64,000 nucleotides of DNA from a virus, in IMG/VR virus record IMGVR_UViG_3300029448_007456, positions 32,001 to 96,000 of that record; one strand, written 5' to 3'. Positions within the stretch are counted from its first letter, which is position 1. Every line of letters begins with the position of its first letter. Shown piece after piece: positions 1 to 9,567 of the stretch. A program made the position numbers and the translations under genes. The notes under the pieces are model-generated. The model was not told where the DNA came from. It saw nothing but the letters and a program-made list of their open reading frames with translations, and did no database searches.

Positions 1-9
1 CAATTTTAA

Positions 10-1152
10 TCATTTTTTTGAAGAGTGATTGTATCCTGGCATCATAATTCCAATTTGTTTTTGTTTAAAATCTGGTTGTGACCAAACATAATCAAACGTG
101 TTTTCTACATCATCTATTGTAATTTTATACACATCTAAGTGTTGTGAAAGTGTTGACCAGATTTTATATTGATCATCAGTGCCAAAAGATTTCTGCAAAT
201 TGCAATGGCCAATTTTAATATATCCAAGAGCAAGTTTAGGATCGGCAGGATCGAAACCATTTTGTTTCAGCCATGCATTAAACTGTTGTTGTTCTTCTTT
301 GTGCCAAGGCGCAGTTGCTTCGGTTACATCTTTGCCCCACTCAATGTCAAATTCTCCAGTATAATATTTCAATGCATTAATTGTTGAACATACCACATCA
401 TCCACAGGTGCACCATCTTCATCTCTAAACACTTCGATATGTGTTTTTCCAATTTGTGCCCAATGCAAATACACACCACCTATTTGTCGATCAAAACTAT
501 TTTTTTCGAACATTGCAAAATCCTGTGATACAAGATTCTGTCTTGGTGCTTGAAGCCAAGTCATTATTTGACTAGGTCTTTGCCATTGTGGTTCAACAAC
601 AGATTTGCGTAAACTCAACACATATGATTCAAGTTCATGACACAAATCATTAAGTTGCCTAATGGCGTATTTTGTATCGTAATCAGCAATTTTGTAATAT
701 TTGCTTAGTCCCCAGGCTTCTCCTTGTAGATCCTCAAAGTATCTGTGTAAACGATTCATTGCATCATGTTTTAGCCTTAGACCTAGTGTGCCTGATTCGT
801 CGCCATTGTCTGCTTTGCCTACAGGAAGATTACCAGGCCACATCACTGTGTCCTCGTTGAAGTGGTCATCTATGTGATAAGCATCCAGTCCTGCAACTTG
901 CCATTTGTTAAATGTGTTGAACCTATTGATTTGCCATATTGCTTGATTTATTTCATTGCATAAAAATTTTACGTCTCTAGGATTGTTTTCTACAAATCCC
1001 ATAAAGCAGTAATTTTTTTCTAAATGATAGTCTTGCTTCAGTAGATTTTTGAGTTGTTGTTTCCAACGTGCAGTAAACTCATTGCTATCGATGTCAAAGT
1101 GAACATCAATGGTCTGATCTGGTGTTAACGGATTTCTATAGGTAATGATCAT
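10..1152 (-). CDS. Hypothetical phage protein (380 aa)
   Basis: Long ORF overlapping the queD stop; no motif recognised. Confidence 0.6.
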   Translation of the reverse strand: MIITYRNPLTPDQTIDVHFDIDSNEFTARWKQQLKNLLKQDYHLEKNYCFMGFVENNPRDVKFLCNEINQAIWQINRFNTFNKWQVAGLDAYHIDDHFNEDTVMWPGNLPVGKADNGDESGTLGLRLKHDAMNRLHRYFEDLQGEAWGLSKYYKIADYDTKYAIRQLNDLCHELESYVLSLRKSVVEPQWQRPSQIMTWLQAPRQNLVSQDFAMFEKNSFDRQIGGVYLHWAQIGKTHIEVFRDEDGAPVDDVVCSTINALKYYTGEFDIEWGKDVTEATAPWHKEEQQQFNAWLKQNGFDPADPKLALGYIKIGHCNLQKSFGTDDQYKIWSTLSQHLDVYKITIDDVENTFDYVWSQPDFKQKQIGIMMPGYNHSSKK

Positions 1153-1598
1153 TCAACTGTATATACAGCAGAATTACGTTCATGTTCCCATATTTCGACC
1201 TTGGTTAGTTTAACACGGCCATCTGTTTTTTTATCAATCATAGGCGCCACATGATCATGCACAAATTTACAAGATGCTTCTATGCCAGGACCCCAGCCTT
1301 TGTCTACATCCATAATATTGATGCTCATGGTGCCTAGTGAATGCATGTTTTTAAACTGTCCAAGATGTGGATCATCTGATGCAAGAAGCAGTCTGTGATC
1401 CCACTGTTCTTCAAGCCATTGTTTTACATCTCTTAGATCACCAAAATCCATGACCCACTGACGTTCATCTAGTTCGCCTTCAAATGTAAATTGAATGTAT
1501 CTACCATAGCCATGCACCCATGCACAGTGTCCTTTGTCACGCCATTGTCTGTGTCCTACAGATATTGGCCCTAGTTTTTTTGTTGATTGAAACTTCAT
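1149..1598 (-). CDS. queD: 6-carboxytetrahydropterin synthase (QueD/PTPS family)
   Basis: GHRQ..C..VHGY metal/catalytic motif, VMDFGDL, WDH, C-terminal VEIWEHERNSA. Confidence 0.85.
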   Translation of the reverse strand: MKFQSTKKLGPISVGHRQWRDKGHCAWVHGYGRYIQFTFEGELDERQWVMDFGDLRDVKQWLEEQWDHRLLLASDDPHLGQFKNMHSLGTMSINIMDVDKGWGPGIEASCKFVHDHVAPMIDKKTDGRVKLTKVEIWEHERNSAVYTVE

Positions 1599-2338
1599 TG
1601 TATGGTTATGTTATATATTCTAATTCTGTATCCATCCTGTTTCATTTGCATCATGGTGTCAGCAAAATCTTTGATGTTATACACTGTGTTCATTTCAAAA
1701 GGCCTTTTGTGTGAAACAATCATGACCAATTCATTTGGATTTTCTTCTTTCACAGTTCTAATGATATAGTCTGAAGAAGGCACAGTCAAGTCTTTATATG
1801 CACGATCTTGTTCATAATCGTTAGGATACACTTTCACTGCTCTGTCATTCAACACAAAAATTTTATAATACTGTTCGCTTTCACCATATATGGATATTCG
1901 CATGTGGTCATTGTTGTAGTATTCACCATTCTGGTTAAATGTAGCAGAAAAATTATGGTCAGGAGCATACATTCTTTCTATAGGAATCACTCTGCCCTGC
2001 ACTTTAGCAATACAAAATCGTCTACTATCACGTTCTTCAATGTGTGTGTCAAACTTACTGTTCTGCACAATTCCAGGAAATGCAATCCATTTAAATGAAT
2101 TAAGATTGCAATTGTCGTTGGTGCATGTTTTAATGTCGTTGACTTGTATGACTTGGCCTATTTCATTTTCAATCAATTGTTTTGTTGCCTTAAGTTTAGC
2201 AATTTCACAGGATTGATTTTCTGTGATGTTAGGTCCAAAGTCGTGTATGCCAATGGCAGTGCCAGACCATGCTGACAGTGACCAAAGGCACACAACGATT
2301 GTGGTGGTTAATTTACTCAATGATGTCTGATTGAGCAA
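1595..2338 (-). CDS. Secreted hypothetical protein
   Basis: N-terminal signal-like segment; coupled to the upstream lipoprotein gene. Confidence 0.55.
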   Translation of the reverse strand: MLNQTSLSKLTTTIVVCLWSLSAWSGTAIGIHDFGPNITENQSCEIAKLKATKQLIENEIGQVIQVNDIKTCTNDNCNLNSFKWIAFPGIVQNSKFDTHIEERDSRRFCIAKVQGRVIPIERMYAPDHNFSATFNQNGEYYNNDHMRISIYGESEQYYKIFVLNDRAVKVYPNDYEQDRAYKDLTVPSSDYIIRTVKEENPNELVMIVSHKRPFEMNTVYNIKDFADTMMQMKQDGYRIRIYNITIQ

Positions 2339-2861
2339 ATGCTTCTTCGACGTCGTCTTGATTGATAGTCACCACACGAGCGGGTGGATACCAATCCGTC
2401 CTATCGAATTTCATTAATATGAAAGATCTATAGTGTGATCCTTCATTAAGCACCACTTTGTTTACTATAACATAGCCACCCATGTCCAACTCATCAATCA
2501 CTGCTTGTGACATTTTAGTTGTCTGTTGCACTGTGTTACCTGAAACTACAGATCCAGAATCTTCAATGTATCTTTTGAAGTCACCATTGATGTAGTTCTG
2601 TAGTTTATCTGCAACCATGACCTTGGCGTCATGGATACCTTTGTCGATAGCGAACTGCATGTCTTCACTATGTCCTGTGGCAACTCCATACACCCATTCG
2701 TCATCCTTTGGATAATCAAAGAACCACTCGGGAACTTCACTGCCACCACGCAGTTTTACTGTATCAACATCTACGCCTTTGTTGATGTTCTTGTTCAATG
2801 GATTTATTGATGAACAAGCACCAAGCATCATTGTAAAGGCAATTATTACTAGTTGTTTCAT
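2313..2861 (-). CDS. LPP20-like lipoprotein
   Basis: Lipobox MLGAC; VPEWF...YGVATG.S.D.Q.A..K pattern. Confidence 0.65.
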   Translation of the reverse strand: MKQLVIIAFTMMLGACSSINPLNKNINKGVDVDTVKLRGGSEVPEWFFDYPKDDEWVYGVATGHSEDMQFAIDKGIHDAKVMVADKLQNYINGDFKRYIEDSGSVVSGNTVQQTTKMSQAVIDELDMGGYVIVNKVVLNEGSHYRSFILMKFDRTDWYPPARVVTINQDDVEEAFAQSDIIE

Positions 2862-2867
2862 ACTGTT

Positions 2868-2895
2868 ATTATACTATAGAAAGGTAATGTGTCAA
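2868..2895 (-). promoter_or_regulatory. sigma70-type promoter giving a leaderless transcript
   Basis: TTGACA-N16-TATAAT, then 6 nt to the ATG at 2861. Confidence 0.7.
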
Positions 2896-3998
2896 GCACC
2901 AAAAAAGTCTTGATAAATGGGGATTTTTTGTGTGTATCTGCGGACTGATTGCACACTTTGGCCTTTTACTTCTATTGCATATGGTAAATCTTTGTAGTCT
3001 GATATGATTTGATCCACACTACTGAAAAACGCATCTGCTATGTCTTTGCGTCCTAGTTTGATCAATTCTCTGTGGGCGACTTTGTTTTTTGGTTTCTCTA
3101 GTTCTATTGCCGTTTTACCAAGCAGGTGAAAATCAATGAAATGATGTCCTGTGCTTTCCAGTCCCATTGCGTGTAGCATATCCAATTTTTTGTGTGCAGG
3201 TTGATTGCTGTAATTTATTAGATTGCCCGACACAACGGATGTGTCAAGTAAACCATAGGTCATTGCCACAGTGAGTTCGGGATTTTCTTTGTCAAAAAAC
3301 AATGGCAATATATTTTCACATCCCATTGTTTCGCTGATGGTAGAATCCAATTGGCACCAATACAACACATCGTTTTCCCGCACCACAGAAGGTTTGTCTA
3401 TGCCAGTGATAGTTAGAGTTTCTTCTAGTGGAAGATTTGTTTTTTTATAATACAAACCTATGATGTGCCATCTTCCTGGCAAATGATTTCCTTTCACAAT
3501 GTTGGGATTCTTGTACCATCCTTCGGTCAGCACTGTTTCTAACTCATCGATTGTTGGGTGTGATCGAATCACGGTGCCAATACATGAGCCAATGTGTTGT
3601 TCTGCATATCGCAGTGCTGGTTCAAATTCTATGTTTGGCCTAAACAAATTTTTATTGATGCTGGTCATTTCGCAAAACACTTCATCAATGTAGATGTCAT
3701 GAGCCACACAATATTTTAAAATTGAAAAACTATCAGTACCTCCTCCCAGAGCAAGTCGCAGATATTTGTGTTGTTTACGCAACTGTTTCAGTCTTGCCAC
3801 TATGAGATTTTTGATGTATTGATGATTTAGGTTTTTAGGACGTCTGATATTTTTGATTGAGTCAATATATTCTTGATCAAACTGGTAACTTGGAAAATGG
3901 CCTGATTGCTTTTGATAATCAAATGCTTGCCAAATGTTATGGAAATGCTTGTCACCGCACTCATACCATTGATTGAACAATATATGAGAGCGGGACAT
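2892..3998 (-). CDS. PP-loop (adenine nucleotide alpha-hydrolase-like) protein
   Basis: LRLALGGGTDS resembles the SGGxDS PP-loop. Confidence 0.5.
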   Translation of the reverse strand: MSRSHILFNQWYECGDKHFHNIWQAFDYQKQSGHFPSYQFDQEYIDSIKNIRRPKNLNHQYIKNLIVARLKQLRKQHKYLRLALGGGTDSFSILKYCVAHDIYIDEVFCEMTSINKNLFRPNIEFEPALRYAEQHIGSCIGTVIRSHPTIDELETVLTEGWYKNPNIVKGNHLPGRWHIIGLYYKKTNLPLEETLTITGIDKPSVVRENDVLYWCQLDSTISETMGCENILPLFFDKENPELTVAMTYGLLDTSVVSGNLINYSNQPAHKKLDMLHAMGLESTGHHFIDFHLLGKTAIELEKPKNKVAHRELIKLGRKDIADAFFSSVDQIISDYKDLPYAIEVKGQSVQSVRRYTQKIPIYQDFFGA

Positions 3999-4007
3999 AA
4001 AATAATT

Positions 4008-4760
4008 TTATGCTATTTTCTTTTCTTTTGCAAGTTCATTCACATCAATAAAAGACATGGTTTCATTTTTAACTAAGTTGTCAATCCATTCATTTCTTTT
4101 CACAATCAACATGAATGCATTTCTTGGTACTTCTGTAAGATTCTGTGTCTGATGTCCAGTAAGATCTGGATTAAAGACCAAGAATTGTCCTTTTTGCAAG
4201 TTGATAGACACATCAGAATCTGATGTTTGGAATTTATACCATGCACCGCCAGGTTGATCTGTGAGTTGGACAAATATTCTTAGAGTTTCACCAAACTTCT
4301 CAACGCCTCTTTGATTGTCAAAATCTGTGTGCATTGGCATGTGAACGCCAGGCTGTTGTTGGAATATTCTGATTCTTGTCTTGTCACATTCAAACCAGTC
4401 AAGGATTGCTCTTAACTTTGGTGAATTGTAATATGATGGTGTGTATTGACAGGTTGACGGATCTTCTTCGCCCCAAAATTGACCACTAATTTCAGTTGTG
4501 GTTGATTTTCCATCAGCACTTCTAAAAGCATTGTAAAGATATGCAGATACCAGTCCTTTGTCTTCATCTGTTTGAGCTGCTTCGTCGTGCTTGATCACTC
4601 TTTTTTTATAATCTAAAGCATTAAGTTCATCTTCCCATTCGCCTTGAAAAATGTAACTTGACGCATAGATTCCTGTAGTTGGATTGTATCCATTAGGCTT
4701 GTGATTGATGATATTTTCAATCTCACCTTTTTCATTTGTTTGTGTTTCAAACTTGTACAT
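4008..4760 (-). CDS. 2OG-Fe(II)/cupin dioxygenase (Asp-beta-hydroxylase-like)
   Basis: QQPG..MPMHTD ... distal H (GHQTQN) and R; AGGAG RBS. Confidence 0.7.
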   Translation of the reverse strand: MYKFETQTNEKGEIENIINHKPNGYNPTTGIYASSYIFQGEWEDELNALDYKKRVIKHDEAAQTDEDKGLVSAYLYNAFRSADGKSTTTEISGQFWGEEDPSTCQYTPSYYNSPKLRAILDWFECDKTRIRIFQQQPGVHMPMHTDFDNQRGVEKFGETLRIFVQLTDQPGGAWYKFQTSDSDVSINLQKGQFLVFNPDLTGHQTQNLTEVPRNAFMLIVKRNEWIDNLVKNETMSFIDVNELAKEKKIA

Positions 4761-4769
4761 AGTTTGTTC

Positions 4770-4880
4770 TCCTATAGGTTTTTTCTTGCGACTAAAAGTA
4801 TTGCTACTTTATAGAAGCTGGCCCACGCATTCAAGCATTGAGGTCATTTAATGCTTCACGTCTAAAAGGCGTTGTCTTGT
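4770..4880 (-). ncRNA. Candidate structured 5' leader (motif copy A)
   Basis: TAAATA, 9 nt, ACGCC-loop-GACGTG, hairpin AAGCATT/AATGCTT, AAAGTA-GCAA-TACTTT, then GAAAAAACC before the RBS. Confidence 0.45.
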
Positions 4881-4912
4881 ATATTTACCTAACAACGCCC
4901 TGTGACATTTGA

Positions 4913-5920
4913 CTAGTTTAGAGTTGCATTGACGGCATCAATGCCATCTTGGTCTAGCCATTTAATCCATACATCAGGATATGCTTTGAGGAACGATTCC
5001 ACAGATTCTTCAGCAGTTTCTTGCTGTTCATCCATTTTTACGATCAAACTGTTGAACAAGTTGATGTCAATGGATCTTGTGCCTAGATACTGCATGACAT
5101 CGCCATTTTGTGACATGTCACTTGATACCATTGTGTACAGAGTTGGCACACTGAAATCTGTAATTTTAGGTGAATCACAATCTTCCTTTTGGATACAATT
5201 GACCCAATGATCTGTTCCTGCAAATCCTTTGCCTGTTGGGATAGGTTGTAGATCGTACTTGCTAACCATGCCTGCTGGTTCCCAATAGAATCCAAACCAG
5301 TGATCGTCACTGTTGCCTGCCTTGCCAATACTACCGTCTAGGCCAACACCTGAACCTGGATCAACTATTTCCCAACCTTTTTCTTCTGCTCCATAGGCTT
5401 CTAAGATTTTTACTGTTGTGGTTGCACAACCCCACCCCACTGGACAGACATAAACTTTGCCGCCAAATATTTGAGGATTGTCTAACACATCTTCAACAGT
5501 TTTAAGTTCTGGATATGCTTCAAGTGTCTTAGGAAGCACATACCAATTTTCGCTAGCTCCACCTGAGATTGGCTCTTCGTTGGCAATAACTCCTGTGCCT
5601 CTTGCCAACGCATCGTCAACAATGCCTTGCACAGTTGATGCCCACAGTTCGCTGGCAACATCTGGTTCGCTTTTTTCTGCAAGGCTGGTGGCCAGTCCTA
5701 CAGTTCCGCCTTGAATCATTTGAATATTACAACCATACACTGTTTCTAGTATATACTTGTCCAAGTGGCCTAAGAATGCCGCAGATGACCATGTCATTTC
5801 TGCAACAGTGATATCGCCACAAGTTGTGTCAGCAATACTTGTCTTAGATTGCAACATTAATGCACCTGAGAACAATAATGCCACCAACATTGCTAATGTT
5901 ACTCCTGTTTTAGTCTTCAT
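4913..5920 (-). CDS. Glycine betaine/proline-type ABC substrate-binding protein (OpuAC/ProX family)
   Basis: Signal peptide; ITVAEMTWSSA, YILE..YGC, DVASELW, CPVGWGC, FYWEP motifs. Confidence 0.8.
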   Translation of the reverse strand: MKTKTGVTLAMLVALLFSGALMLQSKTSIADTTCGDITVAEMTWSSAAFLGHLDKYILETVYGCNIQMIQGGTVGLATSLAEKSEPDVASELWASTVQGIVDDALARGTGVIANEEPISGGASENWYVLPKTLEAYPELKTVEDVLDNPQIFGGKVYVCPVGWGCATTTVKILEAYGAEEKGWEIVDPGSGVGLDGSIGKAGNSDDHWFGFYWEPAGMVSKYDLQPIPTGKGFAGTDHWVNCIQKEDCDSPKITDFSVPTLYTMVSSDMSQNGDVMQYLGTRSIDINLFNSLIVKMDEQQETAEESVESFLKAYPDVWIKWLDQDGIDAVNATLN

Positions 5921-5929
5921 TTTTTCTCC

Positions 5930-6442
5930 TTATTGTATGTCCCATATTCTCAATATGGTGTGTGTTTGCTGACGAACAATTTGTTCACAAGCAAGTTTAG
6001 TCATTGCATACCATTGATGATGCTCTGACAAAGATGTAATATCAACATCTTGCACAGTAGGACCAAAAGGTATATCAATGATTTGATTTTTGTAGTCTTT
6101 GGCATTGACAAAATATTTGCCTATGTCTTGTCTGGACACAGGTTTAACTTCGTTGTCAGTGATGCCATACACCACTTTGGTGCTGGTGTAGACAATGTGG
6201 GCATTTGGAAATGCACGACATATTGTGACCACACCAGCCACTTCTTTTGAAAATGTTATGTAATCTCTGCGTGGTTGTTGTTTTCTGCAGGCTCTTGCAA
6301 CCAGCCAAACAGTGTCCACTTGATCATATGAATCGGTCCAATCAACCACTTGATGTTCAAACCTGTGTCTTGCTGTGACTGGTTTGTATGCATCTTTGAG
6401 ATGTTCACCAAGATAGCCTGTTGCACCTATCAACAGATTCAT
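5930..6442 (-). CDS. Short NAD-dependent epimerase/dehydratase-like protein
   Basis: LIGATGYLG Rossmann motif, YTSTKVVYG, YxxxK (YAMTK). Confidence 0.7.
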   Translation of the reverse strand: MNLLIGATGYLGEHLKDAYKPVTARHRFEHQVVDWTDSYDQVDTVWLVARACRKQQPRRDYITFSKEVAGVVTICRAFPNAHIVYTSTKVVYGITDNEVKPVSRQDIGKYFVNAKDYKNQIIDIPFGPTVQDVDITSLSEHHQWYAMTKLACEQIVRQQTHTILRIWDIQ

Positions 6443-6549
6443 ATGTCTAAGTTACCAACATAATGTACAATCAACACAGTGGCCACGCAAGCAATTGCAA
6501 GGCCAATCCATTCAAAAATGTTTCTGTGTTTCTTGAACCAATCAAGCAT
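6439..6549 (-). CDS. Small membrane protein (36 aa, not in ORF track)
   Basis: MLDWFKKHRNIFEWIGLAIACVATVLIVHYVGNLDI; overlaps both neighbours. Confidence 0.55.
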   Translation of the reverse strand: MLDWFKKHRNIFEWIGLAIACVATVLIVHYVGNLDI

Positions 6550-7345
6550 ATTTGGCTCCAGTAATGCTCATTGAAAGTTTGAGACTCATGCCAGCATTTG
6601 TACTGAGATGATACACTTCCATTGGTATCTCCCACACGTCACCTGATTTCCATTTTGGCCAAAATGTATTGGCCATCTGCAACATGTGTCCCCAATGCCA
6701 GTCAGTGATCATCACAAGATATCTTTTCATGTCACCTATGTCACATTTTCTTGTGTCTGGATTAGGATTGAGATGCTTGTTGATTCTACACCATCCACCC
6801 AAATAGTCAAAGTGCCACGGCAAGGTTTGACCTGGCATGTAAGCCAATAGTCTCATCAGTGCTGTGTCGTAATCGATCTTGATGCTTTCGAAATATTCTT
6901 TGCCTAACAATTCCTTTAGTTTGTCATTGGAATCGCCATAAAGTCCCCAGTTGTATTCACAGCAGTTGCCTTTGTTGTATCCAACTTTGGTAGGCAATTC
7001 CAACGTGAACTCATTTCTTCCTGTATGATAAGGTCTTGCTTCATAATATTTTTTTTGACAAGTGTCTTTGTTGTCTTTGATGAATTGTATGAATTTGTTT
7101 TGATCAATAGGCACATTACTAATATAGTGTGGTTCTGGGTCACACTCGTCTGTTAGGTTTGCTCCTGTTTCTTCTGCAAATGCAATCCATTCTTTGTCAG
7201 GTCTGTGTTCTAAAAAAGTCCAAAGGTCAAGTTCTTGGCCTGGTCCTGGCATTTTAGAATTTTTAACATAATATTCAGGATCTGTTGGCACCCAGCCATC
7301 AGCCGCAACTATGTCTTTCATCTTGTAGTCTTTATTCTTTTCCAT
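6542..7345 (-). CDS. 2OG-Fe(II)/cupin dioxygenase paralog
   Basis: PGQTLPWHFD...DWHWGH...W..GD.W....YHLSTNAG. Confidence 0.7.
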   Translation of the reverse strand: MEKNKDYKMKDIVAADGWVPTDPEYYVKNSKMPGPGQELDLWTFLEHRPDKEWIAFAEETGANLTDECDPEPHYISNVPIDQNKFIQFIKDNKDTCQKKYYEARPYHTGRNEFTLELPTKVGYNKGNCCEYNWGLYGDSNDKLKELLGKEYFESIKIDYDTALMRLLAYMPGQTLPWHFDYLGGWCRINKHLNPNPDTRKCDIGDMKRYLVMITDWHWGHMLQMANTFWPKWKSGDVWEIPMEVYHLSTNAGMSLKLSMSITGAKYA

Positions 7346-7967
7346 TGATTTCTCCTGTGATGGTAAGTGTTAGTTTTGGTTTGAATCCAGCATTGCCACT
7401 CAAATGCCATAGATCATTTGGAATGAACCAGGTGTCTCCAGGATTCCAACCGTATATCATTTTGTCGTGTACCTGTAGGAAATGACCCCAGTCCCATTCG
7501 CTGACAGCGACAAAAAATCTGTCTGGTGTGCGAGATGTTGCAAACATATTTTTGAAACCTTCTTTGCCATCAACATGCAGTGGCAAAATATGTCCTGGAT
7601 TGTATTCCAACAATCGTATCAAGGTTTTGTTGGGGTCCAGTTGCAACTGTTCTAAATTTTTACTGCCAACAATATCAACCAGCATGCGATTGTGCTTGGG
7701 ATCCAACCCCCAATTGGATTCTATTGTGTTGTGTTTGTTGTATCCCACCCAATTGGCACACGTGGCAATATGGTTAGAGTAATGATCTAGAAAAGGTCTA
7801 GGACGGAAGGACTTGACTGTGGCTTCTGATCTATATTTTTCTGTAAAAGATTCGAATGCCTTTGGATCAATATCCAGAGTTGTGTTTTTTTCGATTTGGA
7901 TTGGTTGTTTTAGATCAACTCCAGCATCGTCAAGCAGTGTTTGATAGTAGTGGCCTTCTATTGCCAT
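7332..7967 (-). CDS. 2OG-Fe(II)/cupin dioxygenase paralog
   Basis: PGHILPLHVD...EWDWGH...WNPGDTW...WHLSGNAG. Confidence 0.7.
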   Translation of the reverse strand: MAIEGHYYQTLLDDAGVDLKQPIQIEKNTTLDIDPKAFESFTEKYRSEATVKSFRPRPFLDHYSNHIATCANWVGYNKHNTIESNWGLDPKHNRMLVDIVGSKNLEQLQLDPNKTLIRLLEYNPGHILPLHVDGKEGFKNMFATSRTPDRFFVAVSEWDWGHFLQVHDKMIYGWNPGDTWFIPNDLWHLSGNAGFKPKLTLTITGEINGKE

Positions 7968-8719
7968 TTATCCCAACCTTCCCAATCGTCTACAAGTTCT
8001 CCACTCCAGTGAATAGTAATTTTAGGAGTAGGTCCTGAGTTGGCTGATCCATGATACACACCTGGTGTTAGATCCCACAGATCTCCTGCCTTCCATTGAT
8101 TCATACAATGATTGCCATAATGGAAAAAATGTCCAAAGTCCCAATCTCTAGGAAATATCATGAAACGTCTTAGTCTTGTATAGTTTGCCTTGGTATCGCC
8201 TGTGCGTCTTATGAATGACGAATATGTGTCAACATGACTCCAATGCATACTGCCTGGGATCTGTACAAACAAACTTATACCTAGTTTATCTTGTTTGAGC
8301 ATAGGAAACATATCTCTCAAAGGTTGTTCCCAATGTTCAAAATCTTGATTTGCAATTTTAAAATACTGTGTGTTGCCTGTTGTGAATGTGTTGTTTTTGA
8401 ACATCAACAATGCCTGTTCACGTATTGGAGTATGGGTTGCGTCATCTCCACCATGTGAAATAAAACCTGTTTCGTAATTGTAGTCCCACCATTTGTTAGG
8501 TAGTCTCATTTTGTTTACTTTTTCAATACACCATTTGGACAAACCTTCCCAATCCAATTTGTTTGACCAATTGCCTATTAATCCTTTGCCGTCATCATGA
8601 TCTTGTTTCATAGGATCCCAATGCCAAGGATACTGTTCCCTGATTTCGGGTAAAACTGTTTCTTTGGGATCATGGCGACCTGTGGTTAGATCAAAACTAA
8701 GGGGCTCTACTTTAGACAT
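7958..8719 (-). CDS. 2OG-Fe(II)/cupin dioxygenase paralog
   Basis: PGSMHWSHVD...DWDFGH...WKAGDLW...YHGSANSG; start placed after the AGGAG RBS. Confidence 0.7.
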   Translation of the reverse strand: MSKVEPLSFDLTTGRHDPKETVLPEIREQYPWHWDPMKQDHDDGKGLIGNWSNKLDWEGLSKWCIEKVNKMRLPNKWWDYNYETGFISHGGDDATHTPIREQALLMFKNNTFTTGNTQYFKIANQDFEHWEQPLRDMFPMLKQDKLGISLFVQIPGSMHWSHVDTYSSFIRRTGDTKANYTRLRRFMIFPRDWDFGHFFHYGNHCMNQWKAGDLWDLTPGVYHGSANSGPTPKITIHWSGELVDDWEGWDKWQ

Positions 8720-8789
8720 TATATCTCCTTTTTTTAATTGTAACACTTTAATTACAATTATGTCAATTAAAAGGTTAGATATACATCAT

Positions 8790-8888
8790 AGGAGCCGGCG
8801 GTTTTTTCGATTTGCATCGCCATTCGCTTGTGCTACTAGGCCGTCGGTGTGTGCTCTCCACGTCACTTGAAAGTGGCGTCACCAAAGG
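8790..8888 (-). ncRNA. Candidate structured RNA (motif copy B)
   Basis: GC-rich island after TATAAATA; ACGCC-ACTT/AAGT-GACGTG stem, CGAT-GCAA-ATCG tetraloop, GAAAAAACC. Confidence 0.5.
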
Positions 8889-8897
8889 TATTTATAT

Positions 8898-9173
8898 TTA
8901 GAAAAGTAAAGTTTGCCAAGAACCGTCTGGTAGGCGACATTTTCTTGATGGAGACATAAGTCCATTCACATTGACTTGCCAAATTCTGTTGGCACACAGT
9001 AGGCCATCTTTAGAAACAAAAAAATCTCCATGACCTTCTGTTGTGTTAGGATCAACCCATGCTCCAGAAGGAGTATCATTCTTAGGATCCAGCACAACAC
9101 CTGCGTTGGCAATGTAAGGAATAGTTAACACAATTACAAACAGGACAATTGAAATTATAACATTTCTGATCAT
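8898..9173 (-). CDS. Secreted hypothetical protein
   Basis: Signal peptide; C-terminal CRLPDGSWQ resembles 17-kDa-antigen-type tails. Confidence 0.55.
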   Translation of the reverse strand: MIRNVIISIVLFVIVLTIPYIANAGVVLDPKNDTPSGAWVDPNTTEGHGDFFVSKDGLLCANRIWQVNVNGLMSPSRKCRLPDGSWQTLLF

Positions 9174-9553
9174 ACTTTTTTTCCTGCTGTTTTTAAATCT
9201 TCTTTTGCAATAACCATATAAGGACCTTTGTTATAAGCAGGCGCAATAGAATATTGACTGCTGACTTCAAGTCTCTCACGATCATCACGTTTGGGTTGAG
9301 CAACTCCAGGCGCCTTACTAGGTGCAGAATAATACGGATTACACACAGTTTTACGTGGATTGTTAAATGTGTTTGAATCAGCAAAAGCACCAAAATTTTG
9401 CTTGTAATTTCGCTTTTTAGGTGTCACACCAAAGGATTCAAGATACTTGGCATAGTCTGCCTGTGCTTGTTTATCTCTGGCTGTAAGACCCTTTGTTTTG
9501 CGTTTGCGTGTTGAATTCATGCTTAACGCAGGGCCTACAAGATGCATAGTCAT
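9170..9553 (-). CDS. Conserved-looking basic phage protein
   Basis: C-terminal IAPAYNKGPYMVI; own TTGACA-N16-TATAAT promoter at 9560-9587. Confidence 0.6.
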   Translation of the reverse strand: MTMHLVGPALSMNSTRKRKTKGLTARDKQAQADYAKYLESFGVTPKKRNYKQNFGAFADSNTFNNPRKTVCNPYYSAPSKAPGVAQPKRDDRERLEVSSQYSIAPAYNKGPYMVIAKEDLKTAGKKV

Positions 9554-9567
9554 AATATTATTATAAC

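Noticed and set aside
2892-3998. QueC, given the nearby queD
   Set aside because: It has only a PP-loop-like motif, lacks the C-terminal Cys zinc cluster and is too long.
4830-4880. SAM/SAH riboswitch
   Set aside because: ACAACG..GACGUGA resembles the core as I recall it, but GGCUUCCUG and its GGAGC partner are missing, so it is left unassigned.
8790-8888. Glycine riboswitch or HDV-like ribozyme
   Set aside because: GGAGAG..CCGACGG and GCGAAUGG are only fragments; there is no CUCUCAGG and no HDV P3/L3.
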